From NCBI GenBank assembly GCA_003331625.1, contig QOPF01000007.1:3559-67558 (forward strand): 64,000 nt of DNA, given 5' to 3'. How positions within the stretch are numbered: position 1 is the first letter of the stretch; every line of letters begins with the position of its first letter. The stretch comes from Gammaproteobacteria bacterium. GTDB lineage: Bacteria; Pseudomonadota; Gammaproteobacteria; Magnimaribacterales; AG-339-G14. The translations under genes and the position numbers were made by a program. Under the pieces are notes generated by a model. The model was not told the DNA's origin. It saw only the letters and a list, made by a program, of their open reading frames with translations, and did not search any database. Shown in pieces: positions 40,807 through 51,454 of this stretch.

Positions 40807-42363
40807 TTGAATTCTTCAAAAAAAGAAAAGGTCAAAGCATCTTTTAAAACATTTTCAGTTTCCTTCTGGACTTTAATTTCTAGAGTTTTCGGGGTTTTAA
40901 GAGATATCACTACAACATATGTATTAGGAGCTGGAATAGCTCATGACATTTTTGTCGTAATGCTAAAAATTCCAAATCTATTTAGAAGAATGGTTGCTGA
41001 AGGAGCTTTCAACCAGGCTTTCATTCCAGTATTAACAGAATATAAATCTACCAAATCAAAAGAAGAGTTGAAGAGTCTTCTTGATGTATCTTTTACGGCT
41101 ATTTCTTCTTTGGTCTTAACTTTATCGATAATATTTATGATTTTTGCTCCAATAATAGTTTTGATTTTTGCACCAGGATTTTACTTTGACCCTTTGAAAA
41201 AAGATTTGGCTATAGAGATTTTAAGGATAACTTTTCCTTATCTCTTCTTTATTTCTATTGTCGCTTTCTTTGGGTCTGTTTTAAACTCTTTCAATATATT
41301 TTCTATACCGGCAGCAACCCCTATAGCCTTCAATTTAAGCATAATAGTTGGAGCAACCTTTTTTACAGAATATTTTCAACTACCAGTTTTAGCAATTGCA
41401 TGGGGTGTATTCGTTGCAGGAATACTTCAATTACTCATTAATTTGATTCCAATTATAAAACTTAAACTAATACCTAAATTTAAATTAAATTTTAATAATC
41501 CAGGATTAAAGAAAATCTTTATTTTGATGCTTCCAGGTATATTGAGCGGGGGAATCATTCAAATTAACATCCTTGTGGATACTATCTTTGCCTCCCTATT
41601 AAAAACAGGAAGCCCAACTTGGCTTTACTTATCTGATAGATTAATTCAGTTACCGCTTGGCATTTTTGCTATTGCCGCAGCGACAGTAATTTTACCTGCC
41701 TTATCAAGTTCATCTGCGACAAATAATGCCCTTGAATTCAATAGAAAATTCAATTGGGCAATTAAGTTTATATTTCTTTTAGGCATTCCTTCCTCAATCG
41801 GCCTTTACTTTCTGAGCTATGAGATTATAAATATTTTATTTTTAAGAGGAGAATTCTCAGAATTAGACGTTATCAATACTAGTTATAGCTTAAAAGCTTT
41901 TTGTTTTGGGTTGGTTGCTTTTATGACAATTAAGATTTTGAATGTTGGATTTTTTGCTAAACAAGATCCTAAGACGCCAATGTATGTTGCTCTATTATCC
42001 TTGTTCTTAAATGTAGGATTAAATTGGCTCTTGGCCTTTAAATTTGGATATGGCCATGTGGGCCTAGCAATAGGCAGTGTAATATCTGCCATAGTCAGTT
42101 TTATTGTTTTAATGTTTTTTTTGTTAAAGAGGTCTATTTTGGTTTTGGAAACACAATCTTTTGTTTTTCTTTTTAAGATCATAATTAGTTCTCTTGGACT
42201 TTTAACTTTTTTAACAGCTATTCATATGTTTTCTTCAAACTGGATAGAGTTAAATTTATTAATTCAATTCATTAGTTTGTCTGCCATTATCTTAGTTGGA
42301 TCTAGCATTTATTTTGGATTAATGTTTGTTCAGGGTTTAAGAATTAATTTTTTTAGAGAATAA
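40807..42363 (+). CDS. murJ: Lipid II flippase MurJ (MviN)
   Basis: 14-TM MOP-superfamily protein. N-terminus LISRVFGVLRDITTTYVLGAG aligns with the E. coli MurJ segment [20 protein letters not shown]. TTG start. Confidence 0.92.
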   Translation: MNSSKKEKVKASFKTFSVSFWTLISRVFGVLRDITTTYVLGAGIAHDIFVVMLKIPNLFRRMVAEGAFNQAFIPVLTEYKSTKSKEELKSLLDVSFTAISSLVLTLSIIFMIFAPIIVLIFAPGFYFDPLKKDLAIEILRITFPYLFFISIVAFFGSVLNSFNIFSIPAATPIAFNLSIIVGATFFTEYFQLPVLAIAWGVFVAGILQLLINLIPIIKLKLIPKFKLNFNNPGLKKIFILMLPGILSGGIIQINILVDTIFASLLKTGSPTWLYLSDRLIQLPLGIFAIAAATVILPALSSSSATNNALEFNRKFNWAIKFIFLLGIPSSIGLYFLSYEIINILFLRGEFSELDVINTSYSLKAFCFGLVAFMTIKILNVGFFAKQDPKTPMYVALLSLFLNVGLNWLLAFKFGYGHVGLAIGSVISAIVSFIVLMFFLLKRSILVLETQSFVFLFKIIISSLGLLTFLTAIHMFSSNWIELNLLIQFISLSAIILVGSSIYFGLMFVQGLRINFFRE

Positions 42364-42364
42364 G

Positions 42365-43318
42365 ATGTATTTAATAAGGGGGCTTAAAAACTTAAGACTT
42401 TTCACAAAAAGATTTGGCTCTGAAAAATTGGTTGTAACAATAGGAAATTTTGATGGATTGCATTTAGGTCATAAAAAAATCATCGACGAAATGCAAAAAA
42501 TTGCAACTTTATCTAATTCTAAAGTGCTTGTTATCTTTACAGAACCTCACGCTAAAGAATTCTTTTCTTTGGACAAAGATATTACTGAACAGCCTGCCAG
42601 AATATCTCCTTGGCGAGATAAGTTTCAAAGACTTAAAAAAGAAAAGGTGGATTACGCTTTTTTTCTTAAATTCAATAAAACTTTACAAACGATGAATCCA
42701 GAAATCTTTATTGAAAAAATACTAGCCTCTTTAAATATCAGTAATTTGATGATTGGCGATGATTTTAGATTTGGCCAGAATCGTAAGGGAGACTACCTAA
42801 TGCTCCAAGATTGGTGCTTAAGAGAAAATATCTCTCTTTCTAAGCTGCCTACTTTTTCTTTAGAAAATAAAAGAGTTAGCAGCACTTGGGTTAGAGAAGC
42901 TTTATCGGCAAATAATTTTGACTTAGCTGAAAGTCTTCTGGATAGATCTTACTCTTATGAGGGAAAGGTCGTTCAAGGAAACAAATTAGGCAGGACAATA
43001 GGATTTCCTACTGCAAATATTTGGCTTCCAAAAAATAATTTACCAGTAAAAGGAGTCTTCTCTGTAAAGATTTACTTAGATATGTCAGAATTCAATGGAA
43101 TAGCAAACATAGGTGTCAGACCAACAGTAGGGGGGACCTCACCCGTATTAGAAGTCAATATTTTTAATTTTAAGAAAAATTTATATGGGAAGCGTATTAA
43201 GGTTAAATTCATTAACAAAATTAGAGATGAAAAAAAGTTTGAAACCCTTGATGATTTGAAATTACAAATTTCTAAAGACGTTATTATCGCAAAACAACAA
43301 TTATTAGATGAAAATTAA
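42365..43318 (+). CDS. ribF: Bifunctional riboflavin kinase / FAD synthetase
   Basis: GNFDGLHLGH, and a C-terminal kinase domain GRTIGFPTAN with LEVNIF. Confidence 0.94.
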   Translation: MYLIRGLKNLRLFTKRFGSEKLVVTIGNFDGLHLGHKKIIDEMQKIATLSNSKVLVIFTEPHAKEFFSLDKDITEQPARISPWRDKFQRLKKEKVDYAFFLKFNKTLQTMNPEIFIEKILASLNISNLMIGDDFRFGQNRKGDYLMLQDWCLRENISLSKLPTFSLENKRVSSTWVREALSANNFDLAESLLDRSYSYEGKVVQGNKLGRTIGFPTANIWLPKNNLPVKGVFSVKIYLDMSEFNGIANIGVRPTVGGTSPVLEVNIFNFKKNLYGKRIKVKFINKIRDEKKFETLDDLKLQISKDVIIAKQQLLDEN

Positions 43319-46082
43319 AGATACTCTAAACTTGCCTAAGACTAAGTTTTCTATGAAGGCAAATTTAGCGCAAAAAGAACCGGATATTATTAAATATTGG
43401 GAAGAAATAGATCTTTACAATTTATTATTAGAAAAAAATAAAGACGGTCCAAACTTCCTTCTTCATGACGGCCCTCCATACGCAAATGGTTCTATACACC
43501 TAGGAACAACAACGAATAAAGTTCTTAAAGATATTATTATTAAGTTTAAACAACTCCAAGGTTTTAACTCCCCTTACGTTCCAGGCTGGGATTGTCATGG
43601 TCTTCCAATAGAGCTTAATGTTGAAAAAAAAATCGGAAAAGTGAACGTTGACGTTCCTGCTAAGGAATTTAGAGAAAAATGTAGAGAATATGCTAATCAA
43701 CAAATAGCTATTCAAAGAAATGATTTTAAAAGGTTAGGAATACAAGCTGACTGGAAAAATCCCTATAAAACCATGTCTTTTGATTTTGAGGCCAGCACGA
43801 TAAGAGCTTTGGGAAAAATTATTGCAGAGGATCATCTTGCAAGAGGTTCCAAGCCAGTTTATTGGTGTTCGGAGTGTAAATCTGCACTTGCAGAAGCAGA
43901 GGTTGAATATTTTGATAAGGAATCAAAAGCAATTGACTTTTTATTTCCAATTGAAAAAGAGTCTTTAGAGAGAATTTTTTCAATTAAGACGGATTTACCT
44001 ACATACGTTCTATCTTGGACAACTACTCCGTGGACCATTCCTAGTAATCAAGCTATTTGTTTTAATCCAGAATTTGAATATGAATTGATAGAGATTAATC
44101 ATGAGAAAAAAAAGATCGCAGTTTTGCTGGCAAAAACTTTGAAAGATAAAACTCTAGAAAGAATTAAAATAGTAAAGCATAAAGTTTTGGGTGAAGTGAT
44201 CGGAAGTGCTTTTACGGATACTGTTGCGGATCATCCATTTTTAAAAAGGAAATCTCTATTTATCTCTGGCTCTCATGTAACAGATGAGATGGGAACAGGG
44301 CTAGTACATACTGCTCCTGCTCACGGAATGGATGATTATCATGCTTGTATTGGAACAAATCTAGACTTTCAGAGTCCAGTAGATGAGAAAGGAGTTTTTA
44401 TTGAAAGCCAAGAATACGTAGGAGGCATGAATTTAGATGAGGCTAATAATAAAGTTATCGATTTATTAGCCGAAAGATCTTTGCTTTTGAGTAAAAGCAC
44501 ATATAGACACAGTTTTCCAAATTGTTGGCGTCATAAAATTCCCTTGTTTTTTAGAGCTACGCCTCAATGGTTTATTTCAATGGAAAAAAATAATCTTTTG
44601 CAAAAAACACAAAATAAAATTAATGAAATTAATTGGTTACCGGAATGGGGAAAATCAAGAATTGAAGGAATGATGAAAGATAGGCCAGATTGGTGTATTT
44701 CTAGGCAAAGATCTTGGGGAGTTCCAATACCTTTATTTACAAATAAAGAAACCGGAGAATTACATCCTAAAACTTTAGAGATTATTGAAAAAGTAGCTAT
44801 AGCAGTTGAAGAGAAAGGAATTCAAGCTTGGTATGACCTAGAAGCTAAAACTTTAATAACTGATCATGAAAAATTCGAAAAATCATCAGATATATTGGAT
44901 GTTTGGTTTGATTCAGGAGTTACTCATTACGGTGTTTTAGAAAATAGAGATAATTTATCTTCTCCTGCCGATCTTTATTTAGAAGGTTCAGATCAGCATA
45001 GAGGTTGGTTTCAGTCTTCACTGCTCACTGGAATGGCAATAAATAACGAGGCTCCTTTTAGATCAGCTTTAACCCATGGTTTTGTTGTTGATGGAAAGGG
45101 GAAAAAACAATCCAAATCTCTAGGAAATACAGTTTCTCCACAATCGGTATGGAATAAAAAAGGAGCTGATATTTTAAGAGCATGGGTGGCTTCATCTGAT
45201 TTCAGGAACGAAATTTATTTCTCAGATGAAATCTTAGATAGAACTGCAGATTCGTATAGAAGAATTAGAAATACGATACGATTTTTACTTTCTAATCTAT
45301 ATGACTTCGATGAAGAATCTAATTTTGATCATAATCAAGACGCTGTAGAAATAGATCTTTGGATTTTAAAAGAAACAGAAAAGCTTCAAGCTGAAATTAT
45401 AGAAGATTTTTCCAATTATGAATTTCACCTGGCATATCAAAAAATACTTAATTTTTGTACTAATGAACTTGGAAGCTTTTACTTAGATATTATTAAAGAT
45501 CGTCTCTATACATCAAAAAAAGATGGTGTCGCCAGAATCTCTGCACAATATTCTTTAAAAAAGATTTTAGAAGCTCTGCTTTTATGGATTTCACCAATTC
45601 TCAGTTTTACAGCTGAAGAAGCTTATAGAGAATTAAATGGTGCTGAAAAATCTATATTTTTAGAAAGCTTTGATCTTTCAGGAAGAAATTTCTCTCTTTC
45701 TCTAGATGATGAAACATGGAATGTTTTAAAAGCAATTAAAGTTGAAGCCAACAGACTACTCGAAGAAAAAAGAAATTCAGGTGTCATAGGTTCATCTCTA
45801 GATGCCGAAATAAAAATATTCTGTAATTCAGAGACTTTTATAAGGCTTAGTCCATGCATAGATGAACTGAAGTTTTTGCTAATTGTATCCGCAGTATCTT
45901 TAGAGGTTTTTGAAGATTCAGAAAATAAAGAAATCTCAATAGATGTATTTGAGTCTAAAAAAGATAAGTGCGATCGATGCTGGCACCATACTGGAAATCT
46001 TAAACAATTATTGGATTCTAATCTCTGTCAAAGATGTATAGAAAATATTGAGGGAGAGGGTGAAAAAAGAAAGTTTTTTTAA
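43308..46082 (+). CDS. ileS: Isoleucyl-tRNA synthetase
   Basis: PPYANGSIHLGT (HIGH), KKQSKSLGN (KMSKS), and C-terminal zinc-binding CDRCWHH with CQRC. Confidence 0.97.
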   Translation: MKIKDTLNLPKTKFSMKANLAQKEPDIIKYWEEIDLYNLLLEKNKDGPNFLLHDGPPYANGSIHLGTTTNKVLKDIIIKFKQLQGFNSPYVPGWDCHGLPIELNVEKKIGKVNVDVPAKEFREKCREYANQQIAIQRNDFKRLGIQADWKNPYKTMSFDFEASTIRALGKIIAEDHLARGSKPVYWCSECKSALAEAEVEYFDKESKAIDFLFPIEKESLERIFSIKTDLPTYVLSWTTTPWTIPSNQAICFNPEFEYELIEINHEKKKIAVLLAKTLKDKTLERIKIVKHKVLGEVIGSAFTDTVADHPFLKRKSLFISGSHVTDEMGTGLVHTAPAHGMDDYHACIGTNLDFQSPVDEKGVFIESQEYVGGMNLDEANNKVIDLLAERSLLLSKSTYRHSFPNCWRHKIPLFFRATPQWFISMEKNNLLQKTQNKINEINWLPEWGKSRIEGMMKDRPDWCISRQRSWGVPIPLFTNKETGELHPKTLEIIEKVAIAVEEKGIQAWYDLEAKTLITDHEKFEKSSDILDVWFDSGVTHYGVLENRDNLSSPADLYLEGSDQHRGWFQSSLLTGMAINNEAPFRSALTHGFVVDGKGKKQSKSLGNTVSPQSVWNKKGADILRAWVASSDFRNEIYFSDEILDRTADSYRRIRNTIRFLLSNLYDFDEESNFDHNQDAVEIDLWILKETEKLQAEIIEDFSNYEFHLAYQKILNFCTNELGSFYLDIIKDRLYTSKKDGVARISAQYSLKKILEALLLWISPILSFTAEEAYRELNGAEKSIFLESFDLSGRNFSLSLDDETWNVLKAIKVEANRLLEEKRNSGVIGSSLDAEIKIFCNSETFIRLSPCIDELKFLLIVSAVSLEVFEDSENKEISIDVFESKKDKCDRCWHHTGNLKQLLDSNLCQRCIENIEGEGEKRKFF

Positions 46083-46572
46083 AGTTAAGAATGCTGGGTA
46101 CTTATTTTTGCTGATAATTTTTTTAGTTAGTTTGGATCAAGTTTCAAAATACTTTATCGAGATAAATTTTTCTCATTATGAATCTATAAATTTCTATTCG
46201 ATTGTAAATTTTACGTTTATAAAAAATTTTGGAGGTGCATTTAATTTATTAAATGATCCCTCATTAAATACAGGGCTTATCTTTACATTGCTCGTATCCT
46301 TGATATGTATATATTTAATTTTTGCTGTCTTTACCAACTTAGTTTTTAAGAATATTAGTTCACGAGAAAGGTTTTTTTGGAGCCTTATTCTTTCAGGCGG
46401 CTTAGGAAATCTTATCGATAGATTCACAAGAGGATATGTTGTAGATTTTATTGATATAACATTTAATCCCTATGTATTTAATTTAGCTGATTGCTTTGTC
46501 ACTTTAGGTATAATTTTCCTAATCATTGATTCTATTTTCTACCAAAAATCAAATGTCACAGAAAACTATTAA
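46048..46572 (+). CDS. lspA: Lipoprotein signal peptidase II
   Basis: GGLGNLIDR and VFNLADCF catalytic Asp motifs. The start is uncertain: TTG at 46048 (track) or GTG at 46060. Confidence 0.9.
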   Translation: MRERVKKESFFKVKNAGYLFLLIIFLVSLDQVSKYFIEINFSHYESINFYSIVNFTFIKNFGGAFNLLNDPSLNTGLIFTLLVSLICIYLIFAVFTNLVFKNISSRERFFWSLILSGGLGNLIDRFTRGYVVDFIDITFNPYVFNLADCFVTLGIIFLIIDSIFYQKSNVTENY

Positions 46573-47494
46573 GTTAGCAAACCCCAGAGGCTTTTGTGCA
46601 GGAGTAGATAGAGCAATTGATATTGTTAACATCGCACTTGATAAATTTGGACCACCTGTTTATGTAAGACATGAAGTCGTTCACAATCGAAAGGTTGTCC
46701 AAGACTTAAAACTCAGAGGAGCAAGATTTGTAGACAATTTAGATGAGGTGCCAGAGAAGTCTATTGCTATATTCTCCGCTCACGGAGTTTCTGAAAAGGT
46801 AGAATCTGAAGCCAAAAAATATAATCTTAATTATTTCGATGCTACCTGTCCTTTAGTTACAAAGGTACATATGGAGGTTATAAAATACGCTGATCAGGGA
46901 AGAGATATAATTATGATAGGTCATAAAAATCATCCAGAAGTTGAAGGAACATTAGGAAGATTTCCTTCTTCTAGTGAGGGTAAAATTTATTTAGTTGAAA
47001 GTGAATTAGATGCAAAAACTATTGAAATCAAACAGCCTGATAATTTATCTTTAGTTACTCAAACAACTTTATCAGTAGATGACACAAAAAAAATAATTGA
47101 AATTCTTGAAGAAAGATTTCCCAATATAAAAGCACCCAATGCGGATGATATTTGTTACGCAACCCAAAATAGACAAGATGCGGTAAAACAACTTGCTCTA
47201 GAAACAGAATTCATAATAGTGGTAGGGTCTGAAAACAGCTCAAACTCTAATAGATTGAAAGAGTTAGCAGAATTAATGGGTACTAAATCATGTCTAGTTG
47301 ATCACGTATCACAAATTTCTGAAGATACTTTCAGAAAGGTAAATAGACTAGGTATTACCTCTGGAGCGTCAGCTCCAGAAGAACTTGTCAAAGAAATTGT
47401 TTCCTACTGTGAAAGTTTTGGATTCTCTAAAATAGAAGAGTTAGATGGGCTCAAGGAAAATGTATCTTTTAATCTCCCAAAAGAGCTGAGATGA
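46553..47494 (+). CDS. ispH: HMBPP reductase IspH (LytB)
   Basis: MSQKTIKLANPRGFCAGVDRAI N-terminus, ATCPLVTKVH, SSNSNRL. The track start at 46526 lies upstream of the homologous Met. Confidence 0.95.
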   Translation: MSQKTIKLANPRGFCAGVDRAIDIVNIALDKFGPPVYVRHEVVHNRKVVQDLKLRGARFVDNLDEVPEKSIAIFSAHGVSEKVESEAKKYNLNYFDATCPLVTKVHMEVIKYADQGRDIIMIGHKNHPEVEGTLGRFPSSSEGKIYLVESELDAKTIEIKQPDNLSLVTQTTLSVDDTKKIIEILEERFPNIKAPNADDICYATQNRQDAVKQLALETEFIIVVGSENSSNSNRLKELAELMGTKSCLVDHVSQISEDTFRKVNRLGITSGASAPEELVKEIVSYCESFGFSKIEELDGLKENVSFNLPKELR

Positions 47495-48729
47495 GAAGCG
47501 ACGTTGCTGTTATTGGAGCTGGTATCGCTGGCATTACAACAGCATATGCACTCGCAAAGAAGGAACATCGAGTAACTCTTATTGATTCACGCAGATATCC
47601 TGCCATGGCTACCAGTTACGCGAATGGTGGACAACTAAGCGCGAGTAATTCTGAAACTTGGAATACTACTAAAAATATTTATAACGGGATTAAATGGATG
47701 TTCAAAAAGGATGCTCCATTACTTTTAAACCCAACTCCAAGCATTCAAAAATACAAATGGATGTTAGGGTTTCTTTTAGCAACATTCAATGGAAAGCATA
47801 AATCTAACACTCAGCAAACTATCGAATTAGCTAAAAGAGCAAGAGAAATATATTTTAAAATTGCTGATTCAGAAGGAATTGAATTTGATCTTCTTAAAAA
47901 AGGAATTCTTCATTTTTACAACGACGAAAAAGAATTTAATGCGGCATCTGAGAAAGCTTCTTGGCTGGATCAAGAAGGCATGGAATGGGAATCGCTTTCA
48001 TTAGATGAAATCGAAGACCTAGAACCAGCATTCAAGTCAGCTAGTAATGAAAAAAAGATTGTAGGAGGTATTTATACCAAATCAGATGCTAGTGGAGACA
48101 TTCATAAATTCTGTACGAATATGATAAAGATTCTTCAAGAAAAGTACGGCGTTGAAACACTTTTTAATACCGAAATCGAAACAATTTATAAGGATAAAGA
48201 TAAAGTTATTCTTTCTGCAACAGACCAGGCAGCTTCCAAAGGCTATGTATTCGATCAAGTTGCGGTTTGTGCAGGAGTTGAAACGCAAAGTTTTGCTGAT
48301 ATTTTAGGAGATAGTATGCGCGTATATCCTGTAAAAGGTTACAGCGTAACAATTTACCTAGATGATATGATCTCTCAACAAGCAGCGCCTCAAGTTTCTT
48401 TGCTAGATGACCCAGTAAAAATTGTATCTAGTAGATTAGGAAATAGATTAAGGGTAGCTGGAACAGCTGAACTTGCAGGTAAAAATAAGGACATAAGACA
48501 AGATAGAATTCGTCCTTTATTAAACTGGGTTAGAGAATATTTTCCTTCAGTTAGTACAGAAAATTATACTCCTTGGGCGGGCTTAAGACCTATGACGCCT
48601 GATATGATGCCTCTAATATTTGAAAGCAAGGTAAAGGGAGTTTTTTATAATACTGGACATGGTCATTTAGGATGGACTTTAGGCGCTGCTACCGGGGAAA
48701 TCTTAGCCGAAAAAATGGAACATGATTAA
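47491..48729 (+). CDS. FAD-dependent D-amino-acid dehydrogenase-like oxidoreductase
   Basis: VAVIGAGIAGITTAY dinucleotide fold. DAO-family C-terminus YNTGHGHLGWTLGAATG. Confidence 0.8.
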   Translation: MRSDVAVIGAGIAGITTAYALAKKEHRVTLIDSRRYPAMATSYANGGQLSASNSETWNTTKNIYNGIKWMFKKDAPLLLNPTPSIQKYKWMLGFLLATFNGKHKSNTQQTIELAKRAREIYFKIADSEGIEFDLLKKGILHFYNDEKEFNAASEKASWLDQEGMEWESLSLDEIEDLEPAFKSASNEKKIVGGIYTKSDASGDIHKFCTNMIKILQEKYGVETLFNTEIETIYKDKDKVILSATDQAASKGYVFDQVAVCAGVETQSFADILGDSMRVYPVKGYSVTIYLDDMISQQAAPQVSLLDDPVKIVSSRLGNRLRVAGTAELAGKNKDIRQDRIRPLLNWVREYFPSVSTENYTPWAGLRPMTPDMMPLIFESKVKGVFYNTGHGHLGWTLGAATGEILAEKMEHD

Positions 48730-49252
48730 TCAAGAAGGCTGGTTAGAACAATCAAACAAGATTCCGTCTCCAAATTTTGATGATAGACCTAAAAATACCG
48801 AAATAAAGCTTATCGTGATTCATAACATCAGCTTGCCACCAGAAAACTTTAACCCAGCGAATATTGAAAAACTTTTTTTAAATAAACTTGATTTTGATTC
48901 TCATGAATATTTCAAAGAAATTCAAGATTTAAAGGTTTCAAGTCATTTTTTAATTGACAGAGAAGGCCAAATAACTCAATTTGTTTCTGTCTACAAAAGA
49001 GCATGGCATGCTGGAAAATCTAATTTTAAAAACGAAGATAATTGTAATGATTTCTCTTTAGGCATCGAAATGATCGGTAGTGACAATTCAATTTTTGAAA
49101 ATAAACAATACGCATCATTAAAAAAATTAATAAAAAGCTTAAAGAAAGTATTTCCAAAAATCTTGGAAGATAATATTGTTGGTCATTCAGATATTGCACC
49201 AGGTCGGAAAACAGACCCAGGACCCTTTTTCGATTGGACAAAGATAAGATAA
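48722..49252 (+). CDS. ampD: 1,6-anhydro-N-acetylmuramyl-L-alanine amidase AmpD
   Basis: QEGWLEQSNKIPSPNFDDRP, VIHNISLPP, AWHAG, GHSDIAPGRKTDPGP. Confidence 0.92.
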   Translation: MINQEGWLEQSNKIPSPNFDDRPKNTEIKLIVIHNISLPPENFNPANIEKLFLNKLDFDSHEYFKEIQDLKVSSHFLIDREGQITQFVSVYKRAWHAGKSNFKNEDNCNDFSLGIEMIGSDNSIFENKQYASLKKLIKSLKKVFPKILEDNIVGHSDIAPGRKTDPGPFFDWTKIR

Positions 49253-49261
49253 AATAAATTT

Positions 49262-49744
49262 ATGCCTTCATTTGATATTGAATCTAAAATTGATAACCAC
49301 GAGTTATCAAATTCTATTGATCAAACCAATAGAGTGGTCTCAACTAGATACGATCTCAAAGATGCTAACTCCAAGATTACTTTACAAGATAATATGATTA
49401 AAGTTTCTGCCAACGAAACATTTCAATTAGAACAAATTATCCCTGTTTTAAAGGAAAATTTGAGTAAAAGAAAAATAGATTTAAAAGGTTTGAGAATCGG
49501 AGATGCTCAAGAGTCAAACAATACAGCATCTGTTGATATTGAGTTAATTCAAGGAATTTCTACAGAAATAGGTAAGGAGATAAATGCATTAATTAAATCA
49601 AAAAAAATGAAAGTTCAAAGCTCCATACAAGGAGATTCTGTTAGGGTGACTGGTAAAAAAAGAGATGATCTTCAAGACGTTATATTACTTATAAAAGACC
49701 AAAACTTTGATATACCACTTCAATTTCAAAATTTTAGGGATTAA
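49262..49744 (+). CDS. yajQ: YajQ-family nucleotide-binding protein (UPF0234)
   Basis: MPSFDIESKIDNHELSNSIDQ aligns with the E. coli YajQ N-terminus. Confidence 0.9.
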   Translation: MPSFDIESKIDNHELSNSIDQTNRVVSTRYDLKDANSKITLQDNMIKVSANETFQLEQIIPVLKENLSKRKIDLKGLRIGDAQESNNTASVDIELIQGISTEIGKEINALIKSKKMKVQSSIQGDSVRVTGKKRDDLQDVILLIKDQNFDIPLQFQNFRD

Positions 49745-49746
49745 TC

Positions 49747-51027
49747 ATGACTTTTTTAGATTCTTTGAGGAATTATCTAAGACCTCAAATTCTAGGAATC
49801 ATGTGTTTAGGTTTTGTGTCGGGAGTTCCTTATGGAATTCTTATGGACCCATTAAATTACTGGTTATCCGAAGAAGGAATTCAAAAATCGACAATCGGAT
49901 TATTGTCTCTTGTTTTCTTAATATACTCCTTAAAAGTCTTTTGGGCTCCACTAGTTGATAGATTAAAACTTCCTGGAATAAGTTTTTTAGGACAAAGAAA
50001 ATCGTGGTTATTTTTTTCTCAATTCATAACTGGTTTAATTATTTTATGGATAAGCTTTGTTGATCCAAAAGAGAGTTTAGATCTTTTTGTCTATTTAATT
50101 CTTGCAATTGGTTTTTTTTCAGCCACTCAAGATATTTGTACCGACGCATTAAGAATAGAATTAGTTGAAAAGAAAGAATTAGGCGAGGCTTCTGCTGTTT
50201 TTGTTATTGGTTGGAGAATTGGAGCCATTCTCTTATCCGGAGTTGCAACATTTTACCTAGCTGAATTATATGGATGGCAATCTGCGTATCAATTCATTGG
50301 ACTATCTGTAATTTTTTTATCGATAGTGTTTTTAATTTTTCTTAAAGAACCAATTAGAGAGATTAGACCGCCTAAAGATATATTCACTGAACCAGCTGAG
50401 TGGTTTAAAGACTCTTTCTTTGAGCCATTAAGAGATATTTATCAAAGATATAAAAATCACTTGATCCTTCTTTTATTTTTGATTTTTACTTACCGACTGA
50501 GTGATATGTTTCTGGGACCCATGGCAATGCCTTTTTATAGAGAGACTGGCTTTACAAAAATTGAAGTTGCTGAAATTACAAACTTTTATGGTTTGATTAT
50601 GACTATTCTAGGAGCACTTTTTGCAGGCGCTTCAGTATTTCGTTTTGGACTTGCAAAAAATTTAGTTGCTGGGGCTATTTTAACGCCATTAACTAATCTT
50701 CCTTTCATTTACCTTAATATGATAGGGCATGATGTAAATTTTTTAATAGTGACAATTACCCTGGATAACTTTACTCAAGGATTTGTAAACGTAATGGGTG
50801 TTACTATCTTGGGCACAATTGTTTCAAAAACCTATACGGCAACTCAATTTGCTCTTTTGGTGGCTTTAGTTTCTATTCCGCCAAGAATAATATCTGGTAG
50901 TTCAGGAATGATTGTTGATAGCATGGGATTTCATGAATTTTTTATTATTTGCGCAGTACTTGGAATTCCAGCAATAATTTTTTCAGCGTTGGCCTATAGG
51001 AACCGTAATGAGCTAGGTTTTGAATAA
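49747..51027 (+). CDS. ampG: Muropeptide MFS permease AmpG
   Basis: MFS fold with AmpG-type N-terminus (GFVSGVPYGIL, WAPLVDR). Lies next to ampD. Confidence 0.85.
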   Translation: MTFLDSLRNYLRPQILGIMCLGFVSGVPYGILMDPLNYWLSEEGIQKSTIGLLSLVFLIYSLKVFWAPLVDRLKLPGISFLGQRKSWLFFSQFITGLIILWISFVDPKESLDLFVYLILAIGFFSATQDICTDALRIELVEKKELGEASAVFVIGWRIGAILLSGVATFYLAELYGWQSAYQFIGLSVIFLSIVFLIFLKEPIREIRPPKDIFTEPAEWFKDSFFEPLRDIYQRYKNHLILLLFLIFTYRLSDMFLGPMAMPFYRETGFTKIEVAEITNFYGLIMTILGALFAGASVFRFGLAKNLVAGAILTPLTNLPFIYLNMIGHDVNFLIVTITLDNFTQGFVNVMGVTILGTIVSKTYTATQFALLVALVSIPPRIISGSSGMIVDSMGFHEFFIICAVLGIPAIIFSALAYRNRNELGFE

Positions 51028-51382
51028 ATATTTTTTAAATTTATGGCAAAGCTTATTTGCTATATTCTTTTGTATTTCCCTTTACTTATTTTTTGCAAAT
51101 TTTCCAGAAAAATCAGATTCAATTCAGCATCTTGACAAACTTTTTCATTTTTTAATTTTTTCTTTTTTAACCTTTTTTTTGCTGAAGAGTATTAAAAATA
51201 CACAACTTGGAGTTTACTTCTGTGTTTTATACGCAGCTATTACTGAAATAATTCAATCATTCTTGCCTTACCGTAAAGGGGATTTTTATGATTTACTCTT
51301 TGATTTGTTTGGAATTTTTTTAGTACTTTTTGTATTTTTCCCCTTGAAAAAAAATTCTGAGAACATAAATAATAAAAATTGA
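51020..51382 (+). CDS. VanZ-like membrane protein
   Basis: 4-TM protein of 120 aa with LDKLFHFLIFSFLTFFL and DLLFDLFG VanZ-type motifs. TTG start. Confidence 0.65.
   Translation: MNKYFLNLWQSLFAIFFCISLYLFFANFPEKSDSIQHLDKLFHFLIFSFLTFFLLKSIKNTQLGVYFCVLYAAITEIIQSFLPYRKGDFYDLLFDLFGIFLVLFVFFPLKKNSENINNKN
51343..51370 (+). promoter_or_regulatory. Candidate sigma-32 heat-shock promoter for groES-groEL
   Basis: CCCCTTGAAA (good -35 match to CCCTTGAA), a 13-nt spacer, then aaCATAAAT (weak match to CCCCATNT). It lies inside the 3' end of the VanZ-like CDS, about 85 nt upstream of groES. Confidence 0.3.
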
Positions 51383-51454
51383 GTTGTGAATTGTGCATAC
51401 CTTTAATAGAATGCGCTTCTCACAATAGTTTAGTAATTTATAAGGAGTACTAAT

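Noticed and set aside
49707-49958. An 83-aa plus-strand ORF spanning the yajQ/ampG junction, and similar alternative-frame ORFs (39983-40204, 42501-42695, 16719-16931, 52967-53149).
   Set aside because: Each lies in an alternative frame of a confidently identified gene and shows no recognisable features. Long spurious ORFs are expected here.
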